Assembly: GCF_001194135.2 (NCBI RefSeq) | Contig: NC_068986.1 | Location: 14,439,889-14,503,888, forward strand | Length of the DNA: 64,000 nt | From: Octopus bimaculoides | Taxonomy: Eukaryota | Reading direction: 5' to 3' | Part shown: piece after piece, positions 25,950-39,269 of the stretch | Layout of the letters: each line of letters opens with the position of its first letter | Numbering within the stretch: the first letter of the stretch is position 1 | Translations under genes and position numbers: made by a program | The notes under the pieces: generated by a model | The model's input: the letters and a program-made list of their open reading frames with translations, nothing else | Told to the model about the DNA's origin: nothing | The model's database searches: none

Positions 25950-26320
25950 CCGTATTTTTCTTCCAGAAAAATCAAACTCAATGATGCATTTGACTTCCCA
26001 CTATACCGGAAACATAATTTTCACTTCTAGCCATTGCCTCTTGAAAATCTTAGGGTTTGAAATTCTGAAGAAATTCTTAAAAATGATAAAACTCTATTCT
26101 ATGGACGGAGCCTTCCCTTTCGCTTTATTACATACCGATATAATTGCTTCCTGGGTAAAAACTAAGGGTCTTCATTATTTTCAAACACATCTAGTTTATC
26201 AGGGCAGATTTCAACCCCCCTTTCTTTTAAAACGGGTGTCAATGTCTGAGCTATCCACACAATTTTCCATATCCAAATTCTTCCAACATTTTATGCCATG
26301 CATTGTGGCCTAAGTCTAGT
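25950..26320 (-). mobile_element. Heavily decayed APE-type LINE ORF2 fragment (region just upstream of RT)
   Basis: Minus frame FTQEAIISVCNKAKGKAPSIE*SFIIFKNFFRISNPKIFKRQWLEVKIMFPV*WEVKCII resembles FTxEEI...K.GKAPGxDG..xEFYK.F...FPxxW. Clade not assignable. Confidence 0.5.
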
Positions 26321-27565
26321 TGTGTAGCTCACAGATTGGGGTTAGCTTGTGTCCTCGTGAATCAATTCGTTCATTCGCGACGACTCAATTCAGTGATCAC
26401 ATCGACTCCAGCCTTGATGTTTGTCTGTAATGCTGTTCTTCTCTACTATAAACGTCACCATCTATCTGTTCTTATTTATCTAGTCAACGGCAACAACTCC
26501 GTAAAAGATCTGTAGTCATCTTTGAATGCTCGATACTATTCACACCTCCGACACCAAGAACTCCATGACAACAAGTTGAAACAAATTGTGTCTGCAAGGA
26601 AGTACACGAAGATTTATTAAAGTGAATTAATTCTAATAACATTTACATTTTAAACGACCTTTACCATTTCATAAAATTTTACGACTACTTTTCTATTACA
26701 ATTGGGAAAAAATCATCGTAGTTTCATGTTTATTTGATGCTCATCAGCGACCAAATACTTCGACTTTCTCCTCGGGGAGATATACATAGCTTAAATCTAT
26801 CAAACTTAAACCAGTATTTAATGAATATAGTCAGCCTAATTCGCATAACATTGTGTTCGCAGGGAATGTTATTTATTAGTTATCTAATTAATTATTTAAT
26901 TCACTTAGTAGACACTGTGTCGTTAAAGGAATCAGAATTGTCACAGCTGGAAGGCGGTTAAGCAAACTTCTGCTGTATTAAATCTAAACACTGATTAAGA
27001 AATATCATTGCGAAGTAACGAAAAGTTTTGTACCTTATAAGTGGTTTCATATATAGTGTGATTAAATATATAAAAGCATCTATTAACTTTTACTACTAAA
27101 TATTTTTAATTCCTATCTTCGTAGCATTCCGACTAGTTTTTAAACACAGAGCGTTGCGTAGTAATTAATGACTATCAGCTTTAGATAAATTCGTAGATAG
27201 ATTCACTTATTATTTGTCTTTGCTGAAATATTTGCATATACCGACTCCAAGTGTAACACTTCAGTCATATTTATCTGAAATATCACGGCTGCATTACGTT
27301 CAACTGAGCAAACCAGGCCTCTCATACCTGCGCTACAATGTCGTTCTAAACATAAACAGTCACATTGTCGAGATCTTGAAGCTACAAAATATTATATGAC
27401 AAACTCAAAACAATAACAATCAATAGACATTACATTTGACAAAGTAACCCGAATGCCAAAGGGTTAAATATACAGACAATAAACTCTATTATTAAAGTTT
27501 GGCTTTTCTTATCAAAACAAAAACATATTAAATTTTATGATGACTAATATATATATATTTATATG

Positions 27566-27744
27566 GGCGCAAGTGTGGCTGTATGGTAAGTAGCTTGCTT
27601 ACCAAGCACATAGTGCCGCGTTCAGTCCCACTTCGTGGCACTTTGGGCACGTGTCTTTTATTATAGCCTCGGGCAGACCAATGCCCTACGAGTGGGATTT
27701 GGTTGACAGAAACTGAAAGAGTGGGATTTGGTAGACAGAAACTG
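27566..27744 (+). mobile_element. SINE group A, 5' half
   Basis: GGCGCAAGTGTGGCTGTATGGTAAGTAGCTTGCTTACC...GGCACTTTGGGCACGTGTCTT, with a local duplication of GTGGGATTTGGT.GACAGAAACTG. Confidence 0.85.
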
Positions 27745-27946
27745 GCGTGCTGGTAGAGACGTTAGCACACCGGGCGAAATGCTTAGCGATATTTCGTATG
27801 TCATTACGTTCAGAGTTCAAATTCCGCCGAGGTCGACTTTCCCTTTCGGGTCGATAAAATCAGTACCAGTTGCGGCGTCGTTCTAATCGACTGGCCCCGT
27901 CCACTAAAATTTCGGGTCTTGAGCGTAGAGTAGAAAATAATCATTA
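27745..27946 (+). mobile_element. SINE group C
   Basis: CTGGTAGAGACGTTAGCACACCGGGCGAAATGCTTAGCG...GAGTTCAAATTCCGCCGAGGTCGACTTT...CGGGTCGATAAAATCAGTACCAG. Confidence 0.8.
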
Positions 27947-28303
27947 TGTTTTTTTAATTCTATTCACCTCGATGATTTTTGAAATTGTCGCTGCATTCAT
28001 ATGGTTAATACATACATGGTGACGAGAGTATTTTAGCGCTCGGTAGTAATACTCACTGACGAAGATTTAGTGTTTATCCTAGAATTTGAAGTCATGTGAT
28101 GCGAATACGTCCGCAACGCATTTGCGATTTTTACTCGCTATTGTGGTTCTCCAGCCATTTGACTCCTATTTCTAGCAATACTCTGTACTATTAAGTACCT
28201 TGATTATAAATTAATAATTTTACCGTTTTGGGTATTTTTTGATTGCTAGCCACTTATTTTTTATTGAAAATAATACGTTTATATATATAACAAGCGAATT
28301 AGC

Positions 28304-28889
28304 TAGTTAAGAAAATATCTATAAGGCATGTAAGCAGTAATTATACCGAGCAGTAATGTTTTTCGCTACTTAAACATGGCTCTTCCTTAGGAACAGACAT
28401 TATTGATGTTTTTAAACCCAGGAGGACTCCTCCTCCAATTGGTTATGCGATGCAATTTGCACACGATATGTATTGCAAGTTGGGGAGTGAACCCCTACCA
28501 TCTTCTGGCCACGAGGCCACCAGACCCTAAGGTTTCGACCACTTTGTGGTCATCTTCGGTGGTGGATACTCGCCGGCTAGAGACTGCAGTAGTTCACTCC
28601 AGTTTGCAATATATAGCAAACAAGCGACATTCACTCACTAATTTTACAACTAGAAAAGTGGTTGGTTAGAAAAACCTCTATAAGAGATGAAAGCTGTAAC
28701 TATACAGAGAAGTAATGGTTATCGCCACTTAAATATGACTGCTTCGTAGGAACCGGCATTACCGTTATAATAACCCTTGGAAGACGCCTCCTCCAGCTGG
28801 TTCTTCTATGCAAACTGCAAATTAGTTTGTTGCAAGACCAGTAACCCTGTGTCACTTGTTTTCTATATATAGGTAGCTGGAGTGAACTA
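28304..28889 (-). mobile_element. Penelope-like or retrozyme-like partial tandem with an inversion
   Basis: Diverged direct repeats 28304-28480 and 28662-28837 (period about 358 bp), a hammerhead motif between them, and a 40-bp inverted repeat 28590-28629 / 28850-28889 (34/40 identity). Confidence 0.6.
28517..28565 (-). ncRNA. Type I hammerhead ribozyme motif with U4C change and U insertion after A9
   Basis: Minus strand CCACCA-CCGAAGA-T-GACCAC-AAA-GTGGTC-GAAAC-CTTAGG-GTC^TGGTGG. Perfect 6-bp stems I and II, near-palindromic loop III; stem I extends through an internal loop (GCGAG/CTCGT). Confidence 0.8.
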
Positions 28890-31800
28890 GTGCTAGCTCT
28901 AGAAGTATCAAATACAATAGAATCAGAAGTGGGGGAGAGAGTGAGGGGGTAGGTAAAGAATGAGGAGGAGGTGGGGAGGAGGGGTGGAAAGAGATCGTGG
29001 AGAAAGATGGAGCGATAGGGATTGAGGGGAAAGAGTGGGGAGAATGTGAAAAACATTGAAATGGCTGATGTCAAAAACGTCAGCTTCGAATGAATGGCGC
29101 TGTATATGTAGCGCCGACACGGCTGTGCCAAATGATCCATACTCCGATAGATATGGTCTATTCCACTTAAAAGAATCATTCTGATCATTTGAACATTTTG
29201 CTATTAAATGTTACTGCCTTTCACTGCCATTACCGTTTATTTTTAGTTCACAATCAGCTAATGTCTGAGAATGCAATTATATATATATGTAACTATAAAT
29301 TTCACTGTATCATTAACTCTGTGTGTCTATGTGTGTAGTGTGATTTGGCTATATGACAACCATATGACCACCATACTGAATTACGTTTCGTTGCCGCACT
29401 AAGTAATTTTTATTTTATAAAATTATAACAATATTGTTTTGAAATATTAATCGAATACAAAATTACATTTTTCTATCAATTTCCTTAAACTCGTGTGTTG
29501 TTAACATTTTTTCGTAGTCATTGCAAAAACGAAATCTTTTGTAGTTAAATTACCGTAAACTAATGTCGTTGTTTATATTTATAAATTTATCCCTTTTATG
29601 ATAATGTTTTGAATAAAGTTATGAAATAATTTGAGATTAATTTTCTTTGACATCCATTTGTTATGATTAATAATCTCTTTTCTCTTTTGATTTCACGTGA
29701 AGTTTCTTTTGGTAATAACTAACTCAAATTTTAACTTAAAAGTTAATTGTAAAAGAAAATTATAATTTTCGCAACTTTCTTCAAATTTGCGTTAGTTTAA
29801 AGAGGAGACACTCTTCCTGTTAACTTCACAGTATGAAAGAATATATTAAAGTTATTGATGCGTTTGAAATTTAGTAATGTTATGTTCTGCCGTTCTCAAT
29901 TGGCTGCTGGACGCTTACGCGTTTCTACCGTTATGTCTCAAATGGTTACTGTAATATCGGGGAACAGGTCATAGATAGGTCCCCGCTGTAATTGGCTTTT
30001 GTCATCGATACCCTGGCGGAATTTTATTTCACAATGAAAGATCCTGAAAAGAATACCAAAGGGTTCTTTGTTCGACTACGGGGAAGTATAGAGGTATTTA
30101 AAGACAATAACTTTCGAACAAGGATGTAAAGAACCATATTTGTATTTTGCAGAAAATATTATCAAATATGGAGGTGAATGGAATTATGAAAAGGAATGCA
30201 AGGCATTAACACGAATAAAGACTAATTCGGCCAAGTCTGTAACTCCAAAGATCCCTGCCTTGCTATGTAGAATCACATATAGTGGGACAGGACCTTAAGC
30301 ACTCCACAGCAGGATACAAACTTGATTCACTCTACTGGAACAAGGTGAATTGGAAGGTAGCCTTCTCAGTCAGAACTTCACCAAGAGAAGACTATCAAAG
30401 GAATGTCAACCAGAGATGGCCAGCGTGTGTTATCGCTCTTCCTCACATTATGTATGTTGCCTCATTATCATGCTTTGCCTTAATTATTTTGCCTCAGCAC
30501 TTCAGAACAGGCACTGTTTTAAATATTGTACAACTAGCACATTACACTAACTAGCTTGTCAATCTCCAGTCAACAAAGTCTGTGGAGAGTTCTCGTATGT
30601 TGGTTGATATTGCGCCAGATTTTGAACGGTCATCTTGTGTTGGTCAACTCTGGTTACATCCTCTACCACAGTTCTTCTCTTTAGGAAGAAACAGTACTGT
30701 GTCAAATGAAAAGCAAGATTAGACACTCGGCTCCTAATATGTTCTCAGACGTCTACAGTCCTGTAGTTGACGGACAATGGAATTGGTGTCATTGTCATGT
30801 TAGGGCTCTGTAGAGAAACGAGTGGGAAAGAGTGTAGAGGCCTCTCGGAGAATTTATAGAGATCGACGAATACCAACTGTTTGGTCCTCTTCTGAAGAAC
30901 GTTCAGGCCAGAAATGTTGGATATTTCCCAGACATCATTGGTCTTACAGTGATTTTATGGGAGGGAGCATCCGCTTCGATAAAAAAAAAACATGCCATCA
31001 GCTGGGTTTCCTTGAGATCCAAACTCAAGACTAATACAATTTGCACGTTTACGGAAAGGAGAGTCTGCCATTTCGTCTTTGACAGAAGAATCTAAAACTC
31101 ACTCTTTAAAGAGTCAATTTTTTCTTCACTTATTTTCAAGAGTCAGCAATTGACAGATGTCAGTATAGTATGGTTTCCTTAAGACTGGTGACATTTGTAT
31201 AAGTTATTACATAAACATTACCAATTACATATATTGTGTTCAAGAAATACTTGAATAATTATGTCTTTTTTCTTCAATGACGAGTGGTCAATGTCTAGAA
31301 TTTTGGATAATTTCGTGTCATTGTGAACTACGAATTATTCTATGTAACATAGATATTTTTCAATTGCAAAATAATTTGGATAAAGTAATCGAAAATCGCG
31401 TGATAATTTTTAGTTATTATCAAGGAAATAGATACATAATTTGAAGTAATTACAGTAAATTTGTGAAGTTAATTTACTTGTATATTCTTTCCATAGGTAT
31501 TTCAGCAGGCACACACACACAAACACACAGACACACATGCATACACATTCACATACAGTCATGCACACAGAAAAAATACACACATATGCATAGATACAGA
31601 CATAGATGCATACACACACACATACAATATATGTGCGTGTGTGTATGTATATACAGACGATTACATTTGTAGAAACGATATATTGAATCGCTTAAGATGA
31701 AAATAATTGTTTATCATAACAATCTTAATTGATCTTTCAAATATCTGAAACAACTAGCGTTTTTTTTTTTTTTACTTAAATTCCTTTCTCAATATTCTTT

Positions 31801-34800
31801 GTTCCGTTCTTTTTCTTCGGTTCAATTCTAAATAACAGTAAAAGATAAAACCTATTAACATGAAAGATAAAATCTGATTGATGATAAATGATTCGTAAGT
31901 ACTTTCAGCATAGAAAAAAACAACNNNNNNNNNNNNNNNNNNNNNNNNNNNNNNNNNNNNNNNNNNNNNNNNNNNNNNNNNNNNNNNNNNNNNNNNNNNN
32001 NNNNNNNNNNNNNNNNNNNNNNNNNNNNNNNNNNNNNNNNNNNNNNNNNNNNNNNNNNNNNNNNNNNNNNNNNNNNNNNNNNNNNNNNNNNNNNNNNNNN
32101 NNNNNNNNNNNNNNNNNNNNNNNNNNNNNNNNNNNNNNNNNNNNNNNNNNNNNNNNNNNNNNNNNNNNNNNNNNNNNNNNNNNNNNNNNNNNNNNNNNNN
32201 NNNNNNNNNNNNNNNNNNNNNNNNNNNNNNNNNNNNNNNNNNNNNNNNNNNNNNNNNNNNNNNNNNNNNNNNNNNNNNNNNNNNNNNNNNNNNNNNNNNN
32301 NNNNNNNNNNNNNNNNNNNNNNNNNNNNNNNNNNNNNNNNNNNNNNNNNNNNNNNNNNNNNNNNNNNNNNNNNNNNNNNNNNNNNNNNNNNNNNNNNNNN
32401 NNNNNNNNNNNNNNNNNNNNNNNNNNNNNNNNNNNNNNNNNNNNNNNNNNNNNNNNNNNNNNNNNNNNNNNNNNNNNNNNNNNNNNTATATATATATATA
32501 ATATGTATATATGTATGTACGTATGTATGAAAATGTGAAAACTGGTAAATTATACAAATCTATTTGGGTGAATACCAGTTTTGTATTTGGGTTTGCAAAA
32601 TTCTTGATTTGAATTCCTGAAACAGAAACAAAATTTGTTTTATCTCGGGAGTGTCATTATACTAAAATATAAGACACGCACTGATTCTTGTTTACTTCTT
32701 TTGTTACTATTAATCAATAAGTTAACTATTTCCGTCTATCAAGCAATCGGCTAGATTTGTAAATTTCTTCTCGTCGCCATTCGTGTCTCCATCGATGACG
32801 TTATGTCTCTCCTCCAGGCCTGTTCCAGGTCGGTTTGTGTATCACCTCAGAAGAAAGATGAATTGTTAACTAAATTACTACTAATAATAATATATGAAGT
32901 GAAAATGAAATATTACGTGTACATTGTTTGCAGAATGACCCTCCCGAGATACCTACCCCACCGATATCAATTTATTGCACAAAGGAAATATGTACATATA
33001 AATTTATATATGTTAATCATGCTCGGTGTCGAAATTTGGTTCTAATTTATGTAAAGGTGATTGAGAGCTAGCCAGATTTCAGAAAACTCGTAGTGTAAAT
33101 GAAATCAACTGAATATGCGGTTTATTTAGCAAAATACATCATTATTTCATACACATTATTTCATTTAAATGTGATGCAAATTCTATATATATTTTCACTC
33201 TCCCTTTTATTTCAACCCGCATACTATCTTTTCAAAGATATAATATTTAAACGAGGAAGTTTAATAAATACACTGAAATATGTGTTTATATAGAGTGAGA
33301 ACCGAGAAAGGTGAGTGAGATCGTGTAAGTAAATGTATGCGAATGTGTGTATGTATGAGATTATTTAATAGCGTTTTTTATTTTGTGTGTAAGTAACATG
33401 TTGGTATTATAACTACCAGTTTGCCACCTACTCTTTCCGTGAATCTTCACTTGTTTTTTTCCGGTGGTAACTCAACGCTGAAACATTTTATCGAATGGTG
33501 AGAAAGTCTGAGAAAATGTCGTTGAGAAATGGCAGCGTTGTTCCCAGGCGCAAAGAAAAATATTAACGAGAAACAACAAATAGAGCAACGCAAATGAAAA
33601 CGTTCATGAAGCCATAGCCTACCTTAAAAGAAAGCATCCCTCAATCACGATCACATTCTGATCTTGGTGCTGTGATAAATCAGGATTGTATTAAATTTGG
33701 TGCTGCAGTAGGACCGTGGATCTAAACCGATGTTTGCCTTTGATTCTTAATTTACTTGGACTGAACTTCATAGACATTCCATGCTAAAAAAGAAAAAAAC
33801 AAATTAATTAAATATTATTAGGAATTGTTAAAAAAATGGAAATATTGTACATAAAGTTTGACTAGAAAATCTATGGACCCTTGGGGTCTCATATGCACCG
33901 CAGAAGAGAATACCTGGACTACACCAAAGTATTCGCTCAAGTCATGTTGGACAATGCATAGGATGGCCATTGAATGTAAGCATGATTTTCACCAACAATA
34001 CAAGTAAGCCAAAACATCGGGGCTCAACTGGTTTGCATTTTCTTTTTCAGTTTTTTTTTAAACTAAATTTCTCCATTGGCTTTTCAATAAACTATGAATC
34101 CTATGTCGTCTCAGAAGAGAGATATGATCCCCTCTTTGTGCGTCTTACATTTTAGTTTATATCGTTCCCATTCTTGTATAATATTTATAAAGAAATGTTG
34201 AATTGTAGCATCGTCGTTTTTCTTGCCGTTGATTTTTGTGTTAGCTTTTTTAAAGTCTATATTTTTTTTATTTTTCATTTTCTAAAATTTAATATATTGT
34301 TATCAATAATTGCTGTACTTGTAGACGTCCTCGTTGCTACACAGACTTCACAGATTTTAACTGATACCAATAACCGCAGCCGTAGCAAATTATGTTACAC
34401 CACGAGTAAATTAATGATTACAATAAATATGAAATACAAAAATATGCAACGATAAATACTTATAATGTGTCTCGATAAAAATCATTAATTATAAAGTAAG
34501 AAAATTGGATCATTCACCAATCAGATTTTGTAAAAACTCCGTACACATAAAGCAAATCAATGTAAAACCGCAGCTGTAACAACAACAACAACATTATATG
34601 GCCTCCTTCTGTCTACGGAGACATAAAATGTTGACACATAATTATATAAAAACTAGGGCTGAGCTAAAAGTTATACAATATAGTAATCCATTGTAATAAA
34701 TGTCAAATAAACAATTATTTTACACTACGTACACATTCACACACATACGTATGTATATGTGTGTTTTATTATATGTGAGAGGTGTTCGGGAATCTGTGTG

Positions 34801-35134
34801 GGTAGTGTAAGATGAAGAAAGTCGCGAGTTGAGCCCAAACGTCGCAACCGAACGAAGGGAGAATATTAATTCTTGTTCACGGTGAAGGCGAGTGTCCAGG
34901 TGGCCCCTGTGCAGGCTATTTTAAAGAAATATTGCCTCAGTTGCGTATACTGCATTTTAAAATTTAACAGCAAAATCAATAATTTGTTATTTATCAAAAT
35001 CTACAAATAATGAAATACAGAGGTGATTTCGACAGGAAGGGAAAGCAGGATGTATATCTATGTAATAATATCCGTAAGGCAATTAAACTTTACAGATATA
35101 GCATTCGTTTCTGCCAATCGCTTTTCCAATAAAA

Positions 35135-35211
35135 CAGTAGTAGTAGTAGTAGTAGCAGTAGTAGAGGTAGTAGTAGTGGTAGTAGTAGTAGTAGTAGTAG
35201 TAATAGTAGTA

Positions 35212-35269
<58 letters not shown>

Positions 35270-35690
35270 AAGTGGGGGTAACATTAGTCCTTGTGATGGT
35301 AGTAGTATTAGTAGTTGTGGTAGTGGTTGTGGTAGAAGTAGTAATGGCGGATACTTCGGAGTAGTCGTCATATTGGCGGAAGCTCAATATTAGTGATAGA
35401 TGTGGTAGTAGTAGTGATAGTGGTGCTGGTGGTAGAAAAAAGTAGTTTTGCGGGTGTCGGAGGTACATGTATTAGTGGTGGTCGAGGTAGTAGTATGAGA
35501 AGTGGCAGTCGTAGACTTAATGGTGGTGGTAGTGAAGGTGGTAGTAGGAGTAGCGGCATGGGCAGCAGCAGTAGCAGTAGCAGCAGCAGCAGTATTAGTA
35601 GTAGTAACCAGTAGTCGGTAGTCAGCGTTTCCAAAGATAGTGATGGTGGTGGTGGTGGAGGTGGTAGTGGTGGTGATGGTGGTGTACCCA
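35135..35690. repeat. Compound (GTA)n/(GTG)n/(GCA)n low-complexity block
   Basis: Directly visible; source of the poly-T, poly-V and poly-S pseudo-ORFs. Confidence 0.95.
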
Positions 35691-36776
35691 CCTTCAAGGC
35701 AGACTTCTGGTTCTGATTCACTTTGCATTTTATCGTCCTTTCGCTCGCATCACATTTCCAATTCTGATATTGGAAAATATAATTCTTAAGTGTTTGCCAT
35801 GTTTACATTAAATGATCCGATTTCACGGCCCCAAGACATTCTGCGGTGTTGCTGGAGGCGATTTTCCATTAAGTCTTTTGTTTCGATTTTTCCTCACTGT
35901 TGCGTGTTTATTTTGTTAGGGATGTTGTTTTGTACAATCAAAATGATTTCTTCACGCCCCAACACCCCCATACACACACATATATATTTATTATTATATA
36001 TATATATACATATATATGTATATATATATATATATGTAGTATACATATANNNNNNNNNNNNNNNNNNNNNNNNNNNNNNNNNNNNNNNNNNNNNNNNNNN
36101 NNNNNNNNNNNNNNNNNNNNNNNNNNNNNNNNNNNNNNNNNNNNNNNNNNNNNNNNNNNNNNNNNNNNNNNNNNNNNNNNNNNNNNNNNNNNNNNNNNNN
36201 NNNNNNNNNNNNNNNNNNNNNNNNNNNNNNNNNNNNNNNNNNNNNNNNNNNNNNNNNNNNNNNNNNNNNNNNNNNNNNNNNNNNNNNNNNNNNNNNNNNN
36301 NNNNNNNNNNNNNNNNNNNNNNNNNNNNNNNNNNNNNNNNNNNNNNNNNNNNNNNNNNNNNNNNNNNNNNNNNNNNNNNNNNNNNNNNNNNNNNNNNNNN
36401 NNNNNNNNNNNNNNNNNNNNNNNNNNNNNNNNNNNNNNNNNNNNNNNNNNNNNNNNNNNNNNNNNNNNNNNNNNNNNNNNNNNNNNNNNNNNNNNNNNNN
36501 NNNNNNNNNNNNNNNNNNNNNNNNNNNNNNNNNNNNNNNNNNNNNNNNNNNNNNNNNNNNNNNNNNNNNNNNNNNNNNNNNNNNNNNNNNNNNNNNNNNN
36601 NNNNNNNNNNNNNNNNNNNNNNNNNNNNNNNNNNNNNNNNNNNNNNNNNNNNNNNNNNNNNNNNNNNNNNNNNNNNNNNNNNNNNNNNNNNNNNNNNNNN
36701 NNNNNNNNNNNNNNNNNNNNNNNNNNNNNNNNNNNNNNNNNNNNNNNNNNNNNNNNNNNNNNNNNNNNNNNNNNNN

Positions 36777-36833
36777 GATGATGATGATAATGATGATGAT
36801 GACGATGGTGATGATGATGATGACGACGACGAT

Positions 36834-36864
<31 letters not shown>

Positions 36865-36980
36865 CGACGTCGATGATATGATGATGATGATGATAATGAT
36901 GATGATGACGATGGTGATGATGATGATGACAACGACGATATGATGATGATGATGATGATGACGACGACGACGACGACGAT

Positions 36981-37011
<31 letters not shown>

Positions 37012-37070
37012 CTATGGTGATGAGGATGATGATGATGATGATGATGATGGCGACGTTCATGCTGCTAGTG
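36777..37070. repeat. (GAT)n/(GAC)n microsatellite with a higher-order duplication of about 100 bp
   Basis: The variant pattern GATAAT...GACGATGGTGAT...GACGATATGATG occurs twice (about 36777-36868 and 36878-36975). Confidence 0.85.
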
Positions 37071-37682
37071 ATGGTGGTTTTTCTTGTAGCGACGATGTCG
37101 GGTGTTCGTTGTGGTTGTGGCAGACGCAGTGATAACAGTGAAACGTATTCGTTGTTTTGTACGTTTGTCAGTGGGCTTCTATCAAATTTCTTCATGTTGC
37201 AGTTCACGCTGTTCCTACGTAAGATGCACAATGTTTTTCCAACGATCATGGAATCCTATAAATATACAGGAATAGAATTGCAGGGGATGTCTACAAATAA
37301 CTGGAAAATAAGCAGCTGTTTAAAAGAGGAATAACATGTAAAATAGAACCTTAATTTCTTATATATTCTGAGGAAATGCATCTAAATAGAGGACAAAAAT
37401 TATTTATACCATGTGAGTTTTCATCCCGCGAAGCAGGAGAAAATTGGAAATAGCTGAAGGGTATTTGTTCTCGGGATAGATTTGCCAAAATATTTATATA
37501 TTTGCGTATGTATGTATGTATGTATGTATGTATGTATGCATGAATGCATGTATGCATGTATGCATGCATACAGGTATGTAGACAAGTAGGCATGTACGTA
37601 CGTATGGATAGATGGTGGTGGATGAATGTATATAGATATACATGTGTGTGTATGTACATATATATTAAATTTGTCTTGTTGT

Positions 37683-37715
<33 letters not shown>

Positions 37716-37922
37716 NNNNNNNNNNNNNNNNNNNNNNNNNNNNNNNNNNNNNNNNNNNNNNNNNNNNNNNNNNNNNNNNNNNNNNNNNNNNNNNNNNNNN
37801 NNNNNNNNNNNNNNNNNNNNNNNNNNNNNNNNNNNNNNNNNNNNNNNNNNNNNNNNNNNNNNNNNNNNNNNNNNNNNNNNNNNNNNNNNNNNNNNNNNNN
37901 NNNNNNNNNNNNNNNNNNNNNA

Positions 37923-38021
37923 ATCCGTTAGATTCACTTCAACATTTAAATTTAATTTGGCAAAATATTTTCGTCGCTTTGAGACCGCGACTTGTTCACT
38001 GACAAAATTCTGTGCTGCAGA
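37923..38021 (-). repeat. Unclassified dispersed repeat (homolog of 2964-3060)
   Basis: Reverse complement aligns with 2964-3060; truncated by the gap at 37921. Confidence 0.85.
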
Positions 38022-38068
38022 ATATATATACATATATATGAATATATATATGTGTGTGTATGTGTGTA

Positions 38069-38116
<48 letters not shown>

Positions 38117-38574
38117 CACACATATATATATATATATCAAATGGATGGCGTGCTAACACTTCTGCCATCTCACCGAATTAGTAAGTTTCTATTGATCTAT
38201 ATTTGTGTGTGTGTGTTTGTGTGTGTTTATATGCGTGAGCGTTTTTACATTTCATCTCCTATGGCTGTTGTTGGTTTCTTTACCGCTCCGTAACTTAGCG
38301 GTTCGACAAAAAGAAACAGACGAAATAAATATAAGGCTCAGAAACATCAAAATTAGAGCAACTTATTTGCTTTCTTTTTTTTTTCAACCTTATACTTCAA
38401 AGTGGCATTCCATGATGGTGGACATGCACTGATTGAAACAAGTAAGAGTAAATGAATAAATGAAGGTACATAAACACCACATGCAACGCACACACCTCAC
38501 GCACACACATAGAGACACTCAAATACATATACATACACATTCGCTCTCTCACACGCATGCACATACACCAAGGC

Positions 38575-38612
<38 letters not shown>

Positions 38613-39269
38613 TACATAAAGGTATCGGACATCATATTTTACAGGGAGACTTTAAGTAAATGTAATATTTTACACTCGTAAACACATCTTCCGTGTCCTC
38701 GTTAATTATCTTTTTTTTCCCCAATATATTTTTTTTCTAATTCTGTATTTATAGCGATCAGTTATAGCAGCTCCGCAAAACGTCTCCTGTTAATGAGAAT
38801 TCCAAACTTTCGATTAATGCATTTGGAAATAACGATTATCTGCTGAATTGAAATGAAAGTGATTGAAATATCCCCTTCATGCCACCCGCCTCTCAATGAA
38901 AATTGGAATGACCGATATGTTTTAATTTAAAATATTTCACTAAAAATATCTAAAAACGGGAAAACGGATATTCGGAGATTTGACCGAAAATGTGCAGGGA
39001 ATGTAAATAGTCATAAAGAGAAACCGATATTCAAATGTGCTTTAGGCTAAGTGGACCATTAAATATTTATAACGAAAGCTTATCAAAAGAGAAAATACTT
39101 TGGTAATAAAAGATGGCGTTATAAAAGGGCAACAGTCTAAAATAATAAATCGCATAATTGACTTTTTCTAATTGGTGAGTATGGCGGTAGGTGCAACGCC
39201 CACGACACCTCCTGGCCCTTCAAGAGGGGTGAAACTGATGCCAATAATGTCCTGGTGAATGTTGTTGTG

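Noticed and set aside
25867-26313. 148-aa plus-strand ORF
   Set aside because: It is antisense to a decayed LINE ORF2 frame and starts in a SINE-tail remnant; no domain similarity.
29064-29084. GCTGATGTCAAAAACGTCAGC as another hammerhead
   Set aside because: Stem II, A9 and G12 are missing; at most a collapsed remnant.
30000-31030. Coding-like, GC-richer block (e.g. ENIIKYGGEWNYEKECKALTRIK; minus-strand LVFVDLYKF)
   Set aside because: Probably an old retroelement, but motif spacing did not fit an RT alignment by eye; needs a profile search.
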